NCBI GenBank assembly: GCA_037968455.1
Contig: JBBKVN010000120.1
Coordinates: forward strand, 1-35,762
Direction of reading: 5' to 3'
DNA from: Rhodoferax sp.
Lineage (GTDB): Bacteria; Pseudomonadota; Gammaproteobacteria; Burkholderiales; Burkholderiaceae_C
DNA: 35,762 nucleotides
The translations under genes and the position numbers were made by a program. The notes beneath the pieces are model-generated. The model was given only the letters and a program-made list of their open reading frames with translations, had not been told where the DNA came from and ran no database searches. Positions 19,988-28,590 of this stretch are shown here, one piece after another (position 1 is the stretch's first letter; each line of letters starts with the position of its first letter).

Positions 19988-20482
19988 ATGAATCAAGTTT
20001 GTTTCTTTTTTGTTCTTGTATTGCTTGGCCTCTCCGCCCATGGCGAACAGGTGTTGCTTGCCCGGGTGACCCATGTGACCGATGGTGACACCTTGTGGGT
20101 GCAGCCCGAGTCAGGAGGTACAACACTAAAGCTCCGCTTGGAAGGCATTGATGCGCCCGAGATTTGTCAGTTCGGTGGCGAGGTATCGCGCGCGGCGCTA
20201 GGCGCTCTCACCCTCAATCGAAGGCTGGAGATCAAAATTCGCAGCCATGACGACTATGGGCGTGGGCTGGCCCGACTAACCGATCAGGGGCAAGACATTG
20301 GCGCAAAGATGGTTCGGGCCGGTCAAGCATGGTCCTATCGGTGGCGCAACTCATTGGGTCCGTACGCCTTGGAGGAGCAGGCAGCCAGAATGGAGAAATT
20401 GGGCCTTTTCTCGCAGACTGGCGCTCAGTTGCCGCGTGAGTTCAGGCAACAACACGGTACTTGTTTCCCTCGTAAGCCGTGA
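19988..20482 (+). CDS. Secreted thermonuclease (SNase-like)
   Basis: Hydrophobic signal peptide; motifs DGDT, LRLEGIDAPE, DDYGR, MVRAGQAW, EQAARMEKLGLF. Start set at ATG 19988. Confidence 0.88.
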   Translation: MNQVCFFFVLVLLGLSAHGEQVLLARVTHVTDGDTLWVQPESGGTTLKLRLEGIDAPEICQFGGEVSRAALGALTLNRRLEIKIRSHDDYGRGLARLTDQGQDIGAKMVRAGQAWSYRWRNSLGPYALEEQAARMEKLGLFSQTGAQLPREFRQQHGTCFPRKP

Positions 20483-20491
20483 GGTGGTCTT

Positions 20492-21244
20492 TCAGTGCGA
20501 GGTGCCACAGACTGGGCATCCGGATTGGCGCCCTATGCGAACTTCTGTGAACTCCATGGCGCGACCGTCCAGCATGACCAGGCGCCCGGTGAGTGGACGT
20601 CCGGCACCACTCAGCAACTTGAGAGCTTCGGCGGCCTGCATGGACCCAATAATGCCGACCAGGGGGGCGAACACACCCATGGTGGCGCATCGGGTTTCTG
20701 TCAAACCCTCGTCAGGCGGGAACACACAGGCATAGCAAGGGGAGGTTGAGTCACGCGGGTCGTACACGCAAATCTGGCCGTCAAAGCGAATGGCCGCGCC
20801 CGACACCAGCGGTTTGCCGTGTTTGACACAGGCAGCATTGATGCTGTGCCGCGTGGCAAAGTTATCGCAACAGTCCAGCACAACATCAGCCTGCGCAACC
20901 AGATGATCAAGCAACTCCGCGTCAGCACGGGCAACAATGGGCTCAATGGTGATAGTTGGATTCAGCGCAGCGATGGCAACCTCGGCCGAAGCCACCTTTG
21001 GCTGACCCACCCGGCTCATGCTGTGGGCGATCTGACGCTGCAAATTAGTCATGTCCACCGTATCGTTGTCCACGATGGTCAGGTGGCCGACGCCGGCGGA
21101 GCCCAGGAAAAGGGCAACGGGCGAACCCAGTCCACCCGCGCCCACAATCAGGGCGCGGCTGCCCATGATGCGCTCCTGTCCTTCTACCCCAATTTCATCA
21201 AGCAGAATGTGGCGCGAGTAGCGCAGAAGCTCCTCATCGGTCAT
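20492..21244 (-). CDS. moeB: MoeB/ThiF-family adenylyltransferase
   Basis: Motifs RYSRHILL, GAGGLGSP, NLQRQI, DCCDNFATRH, PCYAC...CPVC zinc motifs. Confidence 0.85.
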   Translation of the reverse strand: MTDEELLRYSRHILLDEIGVEGQERIMGSRALIVGAGGLGSPVALFLGSAGVGHLTIVDNDTVDMTNLQRQIAHSMSRVGQPKVASAEVAIAALNPTITIEPIVARADAELLDHLVAQADVVLDCCDNFATRHSINAACVKHGKPLVSGAAIRFDGQICVYDPRDSTSPCYACVFPPDEGLTETRCATMGVFAPLVGIIGSMQAAEALKLLSGAGRPLTGRLVMLDGRAMEFTEVRIGRQSGCPVCGTSH

Positions 21245-21252
21245 GCCAGCGT

Positions 21253-22725
21253 CTATTCTTCTTTCTTTTCTTCTTCGCGTTCCACCATGGTCTTGCTGAC
21301 CAAAACTGGCAGACCCTTCAGTTGATTGATGGCCTGCTTCAGCTGAAAGTCTTTGTCAGATCCAAACTCAGGAATGACGCGGTCAGCCGCTGGTTTCTTC
21401 AACTCTTCCTCCAGTCGTTTGCGGGCTTCCTCCCGAGCCTTTTCGCGGGCCTCATCTTTTTCTTCGCTACCTTGGCCGCTATTCAGGTGTTTTTCAAGAT
21501 CGGCCTCGCGAGTGCGCAACGCGGCAAAGAGATTGCCTTCTTCTGTTTCGTCGATCATGACGTCCGGAACAATGCCTTTGGCTTGAATCGACTTGCCACT
21601 GGGGGTGTAGTAGCGGCTGGTCGTCAGCTTCAGGGCGGCAGTAGGGCAGTTGTCCATGCGGAACGATGAATCAAGACAAACCGCCGTTTGAACCGATCCT
21701 TTGCCAAAAGTCTGGTTACCCAGAACGGCGGCCCGCTTGTGGTCTTGCAGCGCACCGGCCACAATTTCACTGGCCGAGGCTGAGCCTTCGTTCACGAGCA
21801 CGATCAATGGCACCGTTTTCAAAGCGCCTTTTGTGACTTCATTCAAATGTCGCAGCGGGTCAGGGCCACCGCGGCGCTGGTAGAACTGCGGCGATGCCTT
21901 GAATGTGAATTTGCTTTCAGGCAATTGACCATTGGCGGACACAACCGTCACGTTCTCAGGCAAAAAGGCGGCAGAAATGGCAACGGCCGCGTCCAGATAG
22001 CCACCCGGATCATTGCGCAGATCAAGCACCAAGCCTTTAAGGTGAGGTTCCTGTTTGTATATCTCTTCCATCTTGCGAGCGAAGTCGTCGACAGTGCGCT
22101 CCTGAAACTGGCTGAGGCGAATCCAGGCATAGCCGGGTTCAATCACTTTGCTGCGGACCGATTGGGTACGAATCTCCTCGCGAATGATGGTGACCGGGAA
22201 GGATCGATTCTCGGCCTTGCGAAAAATGGTCAGCACCACCTTGGTATTGGGGTCACCCCGCATGCGTTTGACACCTTCATTGAGTGTCAGTCCTTTGACA
22301 GGGGTGTCATCAATCTTGGTGATCAAGTCATTGGGCTTCAATCCGGCACGAAACGCGGGAGAACCTTCAATGGGTGATACGACCTTGATCAAGCCATCTT
22401 CCTGAGAAATTTCGATGCCCACACCGACGAACTTGCCGGTCGTGCCTTCGTTAAAGTCCTTGAGGGCTTTTTTGTCGAGGTAGACGGAATGCGGATCCAA
22501 GCCGGCGACCATTCCCGCAATGGCATCCCTGATCAGCTTCTTGTCGTCGACCGGTTCGACATAGTTGCTCTTGACCATGCCAAAAACGGCGGCCAATTGT
22601 TGCAACTCTTCTAGCGGCAAAGGTGTCAAAGTACCTCGTGCCACCGTCTGTAGAGAGACGGTGGTCAACGCCCCCGCCATCACGCCCAGCGAAATCCAAC
22701 CGGTAATTTTCAGTTTTTGACCCAT
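21253..22725 (-). CDS. ctpA: Carboxy-terminal processing protease, S41 family (PDZ)
   Basis: Motifs LDPHS, GVGIEI (PDZ), LDLRNDPGG, SASASEIVAGALQD, FGKGSVQ. Start set at ATG 22725. Confidence 0.9.
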   Translation of the reverse strand: MGQKLKITGWISLGVMAGALTTVSLQTVARGTLTPLPLEELQQLAAVFGMVKSNYVEPVDDKKLIRDAIAGMVAGLDPHSVYLDKKALKDFNEGTTGKFVGVGIEISQEDGLIKVVSPIEGSPAFRAGLKPNDLITKIDDTPVKGLTLNEGVKRMRGDPNTKVVLTIFRKAENRSFPVTIIREEIRTQSVRSKVIEPGYAWIRLSQFQERTVDDFARKMEEIYKQEPHLKGLVLDLRNDPGGYLDAAVAISAAFLPENVTVVSANGQLPESKFTFKASPQFYQRRGGPDPLRHLNEVTKGALKTVPLIVLVNEGSASASEIVAGALQDHKRAAVLGNQTFGKGSVQTAVCLDSSFRMDNCPTAALKLTTSRYYTPSGKSIQAKGIVPDVMIDETEEGNLFAALRTREADLEKHLNSGQGSEEKDEAREKAREEARKRLEEELKKPAADRVIPEFGSDKDFQLKQAINQLKGLPVLVSKTMVEREEEKKEE

Positions 22726-22792
22726 ATTTTTTCCTGTGTCATTCCAATGTACACGGTTGGAGCGCTGATCGCAGAAGAGGTTCCGGATTTTC

Positions 22793-23536
22793 TTACGCTT
22801 TACCTTGAGATGCCACGGCGGCGGCGGCCTTCGCGGCGGCTTCCGCATCGCCAAGGTAGTAGTGACGAATCGGTTTGAGGTTTTCGTCCAGCTCGTACAC
22901 CAAGGGAATGCCGTTGGGGATATTCAGGCCGACGATGTCGTCGTCAGAAATGTCGTCAAGGTATTTGACCAAGGCGCGAATCGAATTGCCGTGGGCTGCC
23001 ACAACCACGCGCTTGCCCGCCTTGATGGCTGGTGCCAGTGCTTCCTCCCAAAAGGGCATGACGCGTGCAACGGTGTCCTTCAAGCACTCGGTCAGAGGCA
23101 CTTGCTCTGGTTTCAGTTTGGCATAGCGGGGGTCACTGCGTTCGCAGCGGGGGTCATTCGCTTCCAGTGCAGGGGGCGGTGTGTCGTAACTGCGGCGCCA
23201 GATCAGGACTTGGGCGTCGCCGTACTTCTTGGCAGTCTCGCCTTTGTTGAGCCCTTGCAATGCGCCGTAGTGGCGCTCGTTCAAGCGCCAGCTTTTGACC
23301 ACGGGAAGCCAGGTGCGGTCCATTTCATCCAGCACATGCCAAAGCGTGCGGGTGGCTCGCTTGAGCACGCTGGTATAGGCAATGTCAAATTCATACCCGT
23401 CGGCTTTGAGCAATTGGCCGCCTGTTTGGGCCTGCTCAATGCCAGTGGGCGTGAGGTCAACGTCCGTCCAGCCTGTAAATCGGTTGTCAAGGTTCCAAGT
23501 GGATTCGCCGTGGCGGATAAGCACGAGTTTGTACAT
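22793..23536 (-). CDS. gpmA: 2,3-BPG-dependent phosphoglycerate mutase
   Basis: Motifs [37 protein letters not shown]. Confidence 0.98.
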   Translation of the reverse strand: MYKLVLIRHGESTWNLDNRFTGWTDVDLTPTGIEQAQTGGQLLKADGYEFDIAYTSVLKRATRTLWHVLDEMDRTWLPVVKSWRLNERHYGALQGLNKGETAKKYGDAQVLIWRRSYDTPPPALEANDPRCERSDPRYAKLKPEQVPLTECLKDTVARVMPFWEEALAPAIKAGKRVVVAAHGNSIRALVKYLDDISDDDIVGLNIPNGIPLVYELDENLKPIRHYYLGDAEAAAKAAAAVASQGKA

Positions 23537-23671
23537 GGTGTGTAAGCAATCAGGTTACCCCGACGCCCCTGAAAACAGGGCATCGGGTGAGGCAAAACGG
23601 AGGGTGAGAGCGCGACGCGCGCCTCCATTCTAAAATGCCGGGTTTACCGTCGGTTACTTACAAGGAACAAA

Positions 23672-24079
23672 GTGAAATTTATTCTCGACAACTGGATGAT
23701 CATGAGCGTCGCACTGGCCTCCGGGGGAATGCTCCTGTGGCCTACGCTGATGAGTGGTGGTGCTGGCGCATTGACCGCCGCTGCGGCAGTTCAACTCATC
23801 AACCGCGACAAGGCCGTGGTTATTGACATCTGTGAAGCCACTGAGTTTGCTGCCGGTCACGTGGGTGGGGCCAAGAACGTGCCCTTGAGCCAACTGGAAG
23901 AAAAACTGCCCTCCGTGGTCAAAAACAAAGGGGTGCCCGTCATTCTGGTTTGTCAAACCGGCGCACGCTCAAGTCGGGCGACGGCGATTGCCAAAAAACT
24001 CGGTTACGAAAAAGCGCAGTCCCTCTCCGGTGGTCTGGGCGCTTGGCGTGCAGCCAACTTGCCCGTAGAGAAGTCTTGA
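23672..24079 (+). CDS. Rhodanese-like membrane-anchored protein (YibN-like)
   Basis: N-terminal TM segment, GHVGGAKNVP, VCQTGARS, LSGGLGAW. Precedes grxC-secB-gpsA. Confidence 0.9.
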   Translation: MKFILDNWMIMSVALASGGMLLWPTLMSGGAGALTAAAAVQLINRDKAVVIDICEATEFAAGHVGGAKNVPLSQLEEKLPSVVKNKGVPVILVCQTGARSSRATAIAKKLGYEKAQSLSGGLGAWRAANLPVEKS

Positions 24080-24112
24080 AGTTACACGTTGAATTGTTTT
24101 AGGAGCCATTGC

Positions 24113-24373
24113 ATGCAAGTTGTCAAAATTTACACCACAGGAACCTGCCCCTATTGCATTCGCGCCAAAGAGATTCTGAAAGCCAATGGCGTTGAGCGGA
24201 TGGAGGAGATCCGCGTTGATGAGGCGCCAGAGCAGCGCGTGAAAATGATGGAAATCACGGGTCGGCGCACCGTGCCTCAAATTTTCATTGGTTCAACTCA
24301 CGTGGGTGGCTGCGATGATTTGGTGGCGCTGGAAGGCCGGGGCGGCTTGACGACTTTGTTGAATGCCGCCTGA
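24113..24373 (+). CDS. grxC: Glutaredoxin 3
   Basis: Motifs CPYC, RTVPQIFI, GGCDDL. Start set at ATG 24113. Confidence 0.95.
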   Translation: MQVVKIYTTGTCPYCIRAKEILKANGVERMEEIRVDEAPEQRVKMMEITGRRTVPQIFIGSTHVGGCDDLVALEGRGGLTTLLNAA

Positions 24374-24448
24374 GATAATCATTAATTGATACTGAGTGTC
24401 CGCGCGTATTTTTGCGACGCAGATTTGTTTTAACGAAAGAGAAATACC

Positions 24449-24907
24449 ATGGCAGAACAAGAAACCCCAATTTTCCAGATCCAGCGCGTCTACCTGAAAG
24501 AGGCGTCTTTGGAGCAACCCAATTCGCCAGCCATTCTGTTGGAGCAAGAGTCCCCTACGGTGGACATTCAACTGGGTGTCAATGCAGCGCCAGTGGCTGA
24601 GGGAATTTTCGAGGTCTCAGTCACGGCTACCGTGCAGACCAAAATCAAGGATAAAACCGTTTTTCTGGTCGAGGCCACACAGGCCGGAATTTTCGAGATT
24701 CGCCACCTGCCAGAAGAGCAGATGGGACAGATCATGGGTATTGCTTGCCCACAAATTGTTTACCCCTACTTGCGCGGCAACGTGGCTGACCTGATCTCTC
24801 GTGCTGGTTTTCCACCAGTTCATTTGTCGGAAATCAACTTTCAGGCCATGTATGAGCAGCAAAAGGCCAATGCCGAAGAGGAAGCTCCGCGCATTGTTAC
24901 TCAGTAA
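24449..24907 (+). CDS. secB: Protein-export chaperone SecB
   Basis: Motifs [51 protein letters not shown]. Confidence 0.97.
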   Translation: MAEQETPIFQIQRVYLKEASLEQPNSPAILLEQESPTVDIQLGVNAAPVAEGIFEVSVTATVQTKIKDKTVFLVEATQAGIFEIRHLPEEQMGQIMGIACPQIVYPYLRGNVADLISRAGFPPVHLSEINFQAMYEQQKANAEEEAPRIVTQ

Positions 24908-24918
24908 ATCTCGGGGAG

Positions 24919-24972
24919 AAATCCCCGCCCAGCACCCGTTTTTACTCCATAGGTTGCTATGAATTTAGTAGT
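24919..24972 (-). repeat. Degenerate copy of the 54-bp repeat containing the gpsA start codon
   Basis: Head GCTATGAATTTAGTAGT matches GCTATCAATTGAGTAGC at 14/17. Whole unit aligns ungapped to 33739-33792 at 28/54 by hand count. Confidence 0.5.
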
Positions 24973-25969
24973 TTTCGGGGCTGGCGCCTGGGGTACGGCG
25001 CTGGCCATCAGCGCCGCCCAAAATTCGCATCAAGTGACCCTGTGGGCGCGTGACGCTGATCAGGCCGCCGCCATGCAGCGACATCGGGAAAACACGCGTT
25101 ATCTGGCGGGAAGCACGTTCCCGGCATCAATGACCATCAGCTCGGTGGCGGGCCCTCAGCTTGGACATTTGACCCAAAACGCCGATTTGGTGATTGTGGC
25201 GACGCCCATGGCTGGCCTGCGTGACATGCTGGCCCAAGTCGCGTCAACGCGGGTGCCTGTGGCTTGGTTGTGCAAAGGTTTTGAGGCTGCCAACGGCGAG
25301 AGCCTCGGTTTACTGGGCCATGAAGTGCAGGCTCAAGCGGCTCCTGACCTGATGGCAGGCATTTTGAGTGGCCCCAGTTTTGCCCAAGAGGTGGCGTGTG
25401 CTCAACCCACGGCCTTGGTCGCGGCGAGTGGGCATGAGTCGGTTCGCCAAGCCTTGGTAACTGCGTTTCACAGTCCAACCTTGCGTGTCTATGCCAACGA
25501 CGACATGGTTGGCGTGGAGGTGGGTGGAGCCGTGAAAAATGTGCTGGCCATTGCCACCGGCCTTTGCGATGGACTCAACCTGGGACTGAATGCAAGGGCC
25601 GCCCTGATTACGCGGGGACTGGCCGAGATGACCCGTTTGGGACTCGCTTTAGGCGCGCGGGCCGAAACTTTCATGGGTCTCTCAGGCTTGGGCGATCTGG
25701 TGCTTACGGCCACCGGCGACTTGAGTCGCAACCGCCGGGTTGGCCTGTTGTTGTCTCAGGGGCAAACCCTGCAGCAGGCAGTCACCTCGCTAGGCCATGT
25801 GGCCGAGGGGGTGTACAGCGCTCGAACCGTGTTGCTGCGAGCTCAGAGCCTGGGTATTGAGATGCCAATCACCGAAAGTGTCGTGGCTTTGCTGGACGGC
25901 AAGGTCAAGCCCGAGCAAGCTGTGGCGGACCTGATGGGGCGAGACCCAGGCGACGAACTGGTGCCCTGA
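24959..25969 (+). CDS. gpsA: NAD(P)H-dependent glycerol-3-phosphate dehydrogenase
   Basis: Motifs [51 protein letters not shown]. Confidence 0.97.
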   Translation: MNLVVFGAGAWGTALAISAAQNSHQVTLWARDADQAAAMQRHRENTRYLAGSTFPASMTISSVAGPQLGHLTQNADLVIVATPMAGLRDMLAQVASTRVPVAWLCKGFEAANGESLGLLGHEVQAQAAPDLMAGILSGPSFAQEVACAQPTALVAASGHESVRQALVTAFHSPTLRVYANDDMVGVEVGGAVKNVLAIATGLCDGLNLGLNARAALITRGLAEMTRLGLALGARAETFMGLSGLGDLVLTATGDLSRNRRVGLLLSQGQTLQQAVTSLGHVAEGVYSARTVLLRAQSLGIEMPITESVVALLDGKVKPEQAVADLMGRDPGDELVP

Positions 25970-26001
25970 AAAAAACCTGGCGTCAGAAGGTGGACGCCAG
26001 G
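25969..26001 (-). terminator. Rho-independent terminator of the cphA operon (convergent with gpsA)
   Basis: CCTGGCGTC-AGAAGGTG-GACGCCAGG 9-bp stem, preceded on + by A7, i.e. followed by U7 on the minus strand. Confidence 0.8.
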
Positions 26002-26010
26002 GACTTTCTT

Positions 26011-28587
26011 CTATTTGGCGTCCTGCGCGATTCGGCTGGCGATATGGGCCAGCGCTTCTTCCACCTGATCTACCAAAATCAGACACAGATCACCCTCACT
26101 CAGACTCGCCAGTGCCGTGTCAATGGCCAGAAACTCACCCTGAATTTCCTTGGTGACTTTTGTGCGGCTGGCATTGGACAAACCTGCACGCAGGAGCGCC
26201 ACCACTTCGCCGTCTGCCCGCCCGCGTTGACACTGGTCTTGATACAAAACCACCTCGTCAAAAGCGGCGCCCAAAATCTCGGTTTGTTGGCGAATATCTT
26301 CATCCCGCCGATCGCCCGCGCCACTGATCACGACCGAACGTCGTTTGCCTGGCATGTTGTCCACGGCCTGCACGAGGGCCAAAATAGCATCCGGGTTGTG
26401 CCCGTAGTCGGCAATCAGCGTGGCACCCCGGTAGTTGAACAGGTTGAAACGCCCTTTGGCATTGTTGGCATCGTTCTCGAAACTGGCCAATCCGTTTTGA
26501 ATCGTGTCCCAGCCGATGTCCAGCGCCCAAGCCGCAGCGACGGACGCCATCACGTTTTCGACCTGAAATCCGATGGTGCCACCATGGGTGATCGGGATTT
26601 GCGAGAGTGCAATGCGATGCACGGTGCTGCCTTCTGAGGCCACCAAATGGCCACTTTCAACAAAGACGGCGCGCCGTCCGAGAGCGAGATGGGTGGTCAT
26701 CACCGGGTGGTAACGGTCGAGTGCAAAGTAAGTTACTGAGCCTCGGCAGTGGGGCGCCATGGCGACAACATTGGGGTCTGTGGCATTCAAAACTGCCACG
26801 CCACCGTCTTTGATGTTTTGAACAATGACGCGCTTGAGCACTGCCAAGTCGTTCACTGAAGTGATGTAGTTCAAGCCCAGGTGATCACCGCTGCCAATGT
26901 TGGTGACCACGGCCACATCACACCGATCAAAGGCCAAACCTTCTCGCAACATGCCGCCCCGGGCTGTTTCCAGTACGGCCGCGTCCACGTCGGGGTGTTG
27001 CAGCACATTGCGTGCACTCTTGGGGCCACTGCAATCGCCTGTGTCGATGCGCTGACCTTCGATATAGACACCGTCAGTGCTGGTCATGCCGACCCGCAGG
27101 CCGCTTTGGGTCAGCAAGTGGGAAATGACACGCACGGTGGTCGTTTTTCCGTTGGTTCCGGTGACGGCAACCAAAGGAATACGACCGTTCTCCGTGTCGC
27201 CAAACATGCTGGAAATAATCGCTTCGCCCACGGGGCGGCCCTTGCCATAGGAAGGGGAAAGGTGCATGCGCAGTCCCGGCGCTGCATTGACCTCGACCAC
27301 ACCGCCGCCTTGGCCCTCCAGCGGGTGAGCGATGCTGTCGCACACCACGTCGACGCCGCAAATGTCCAGCCCGATCATTTGGGCCGCGGCAACCGCGCGT
27401 TCGGCAATAGCCGCATGCACATCATCGGTCACGTCCGTGGCTGAGCCGCCTGTGGATAGGTTGGCGTTGTGGCGCAAGGGAACGCGCTGCCCAAAGGGTG
27501 TGACCGACTCGGCGGTAAGCCCCTGAGTGGCCAGGCAAGCCAATGCGATGTCATCAAACCGAATTTGAGTGAGTGAAGTAGAGTGGCCTGTGCCGCGGCG
27601 GGGGTCACGGTTCACCTCATCGACCAGTTCTCGTACTGTGTGAACGCCGTCACCGACGACATGGGGTGCGGCGCGCCGGGCAGCGGCCACCAGCTTGTCA
27701 CCAACGACCAGCAATCTGAAATCGTGGCCTGGCATGAAGCGCTCAACCAGAATGTCTTCGCTGAAATGAGCGGCAGCAGCATAGGCGGCATCGAGCTGTT
27801 CGCGTGACGTGATGTTGACCGTCACGCCTTTGCCCTGGTTTCCAGCTTTGGGCTTGAGCACCACGGGCAGGCCAATATCGCAGGCAGCCTTCCATGCGTC
27901 TTCCGGTGAGTGCACTTCGCGACCGATTGGCACTGGCACGCCGGCAGCCGCGAGCAGTTTTTTGGTGAGTTGCTTGTCTTGTGCAATGGCTTCAGCGATG
28001 GCACTGGTACTGTCCATCTCAGCGGCCTGAATGCGGCGTTGTTTGCTGCCCCAGCCAAACATGATCATGCTGCCTTCCGTCATGCGGCGGTAAGGGATAT
28101 TGCGGGCCAAGGCGGCGTCCGCAATGGAGCCCGTGCTGGGGCCAAGTCGCACGTCTTCGTCCAAGTCACGTAGCTGCTCAAGGGCCTTGTCCAGGTCAAA
28201 TTCCGTGTCGTTTTGCGCGGCCAGGCACAGGGCTTCCGCCAGTTGCAGTGCCAAACGGCCAACGGCCTCCTCCGAATAGCCAATGACCACTTGGAAAACA
28301 CCCTTGTCAATCGTGGGCGCCGTGCGGCGAAACGTTGCCGGGCTGCCGGCTTGCGATTGCAAGTCGATGGCGGCAACGCCCAGCACATGGGCCAGGGTGA
28401 TCTTGTCGTCGTGACCGGTAGGTTGAAGGGGGCTGATGGTTGGAAAGCGGATACGAAGACGGACCTCAAAACCTGTTTGCGCCGTGATTTCGCATTCTTG
28501 CGGGGTGCAGGTCACCACGGCTTCAATGGCCGTGTGTTGTGTCCAAAGGTTGGGGCCACGAAGGGCTCGGATGCGGGAGACTTCCAT
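26011..28587 (-). CDS. cphA: Cyanophycin synthetase, full-length paralog (858 aa)
   Basis: LRGPNLW, LGPSTGSI, ATP-grasp (KPKAGNQGKGV, ANLSTGG, EVNAAPGLRMH) and Mur-like domain (VTGTNGKTTT, ETARGG, DHLG, GRFN, DYGHN). Confidence 0.96.
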   Translation of the reverse strand: MEVSRIRALRGPNLWTQHTAIEAVVTCTPQECEITAQTGFEVRLRIRFPTISPLQPTGHDDKITLAHVLGVAAIDLQSQAGSPATFRRTAPTIDKGVFQVVIGYSEEAVGRLALQLAEALCLAAQNDTEFDLDKALEQLRDLDEDVRLGPSTGSIADAALARNIPYRRMTEGSMIMFGWGSKQRRIQAAEMDSTSAIAEAIAQDKQLTKKLLAAAGVPVPIGREVHSPEDAWKAACDIGLPVVLKPKAGNQGKGVTVNITSREQLDAAYAAAAHFSEDILVERFMPGHDFRLLVVGDKLVAAARRAAPHVVGDGVHTVRELVDEVNRDPRRGTGHSTSLTQIRFDDIALACLATQGLTAESVTPFGQRVPLRHNANLSTGGSATDVTDDVHAAIAERAVAAAQMIGLDICGVDVVCDSIAHPLEGQGGGVVEVNAAPGLRMHLSPSYGKGRPVGEAIISSMFGDTENGRIPLVAVTGTNGKTTTVRVISHLLTQSGLRVGMTSTDGVYIEGQRIDTGDCSGPKSARNVLQHPDVDAAVLETARGGMLREGLAFDRCDVAVVTNIGSGDHLGLNYITSVNDLAVLKRVIVQNIKDGGVAVLNATDPNVVAMAPHCRGSVTYFALDRYHPVMTTHLALGRRAVFVESGHLVASEGSTVHRIALSQIPITHGGTIGFQVENVMASVAAAWALDIGWDTIQNGLASFENDANNAKGRFNLFNYRGATLIADYGHNPDAILALVQAVDNMPGKRRSVVISGAGDRRDEDIRQQTEILGAAFDEVVLYQDQCQRGRADGEVVALLRAGLSNASRTKVTKEIQGEFLAIDTALASLSEGDLCLILVDQVEEALAHIASRIAQDAK

Positions 28588-28590
28588 GGC

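Noticed and set aside
24378-24405. Additional repeat copy between grxC and secB (TTAATTGATA)
   Set aside because: Only a 10-nt AT-rich match; the GCTA/TAGC arms and the tail are missing.
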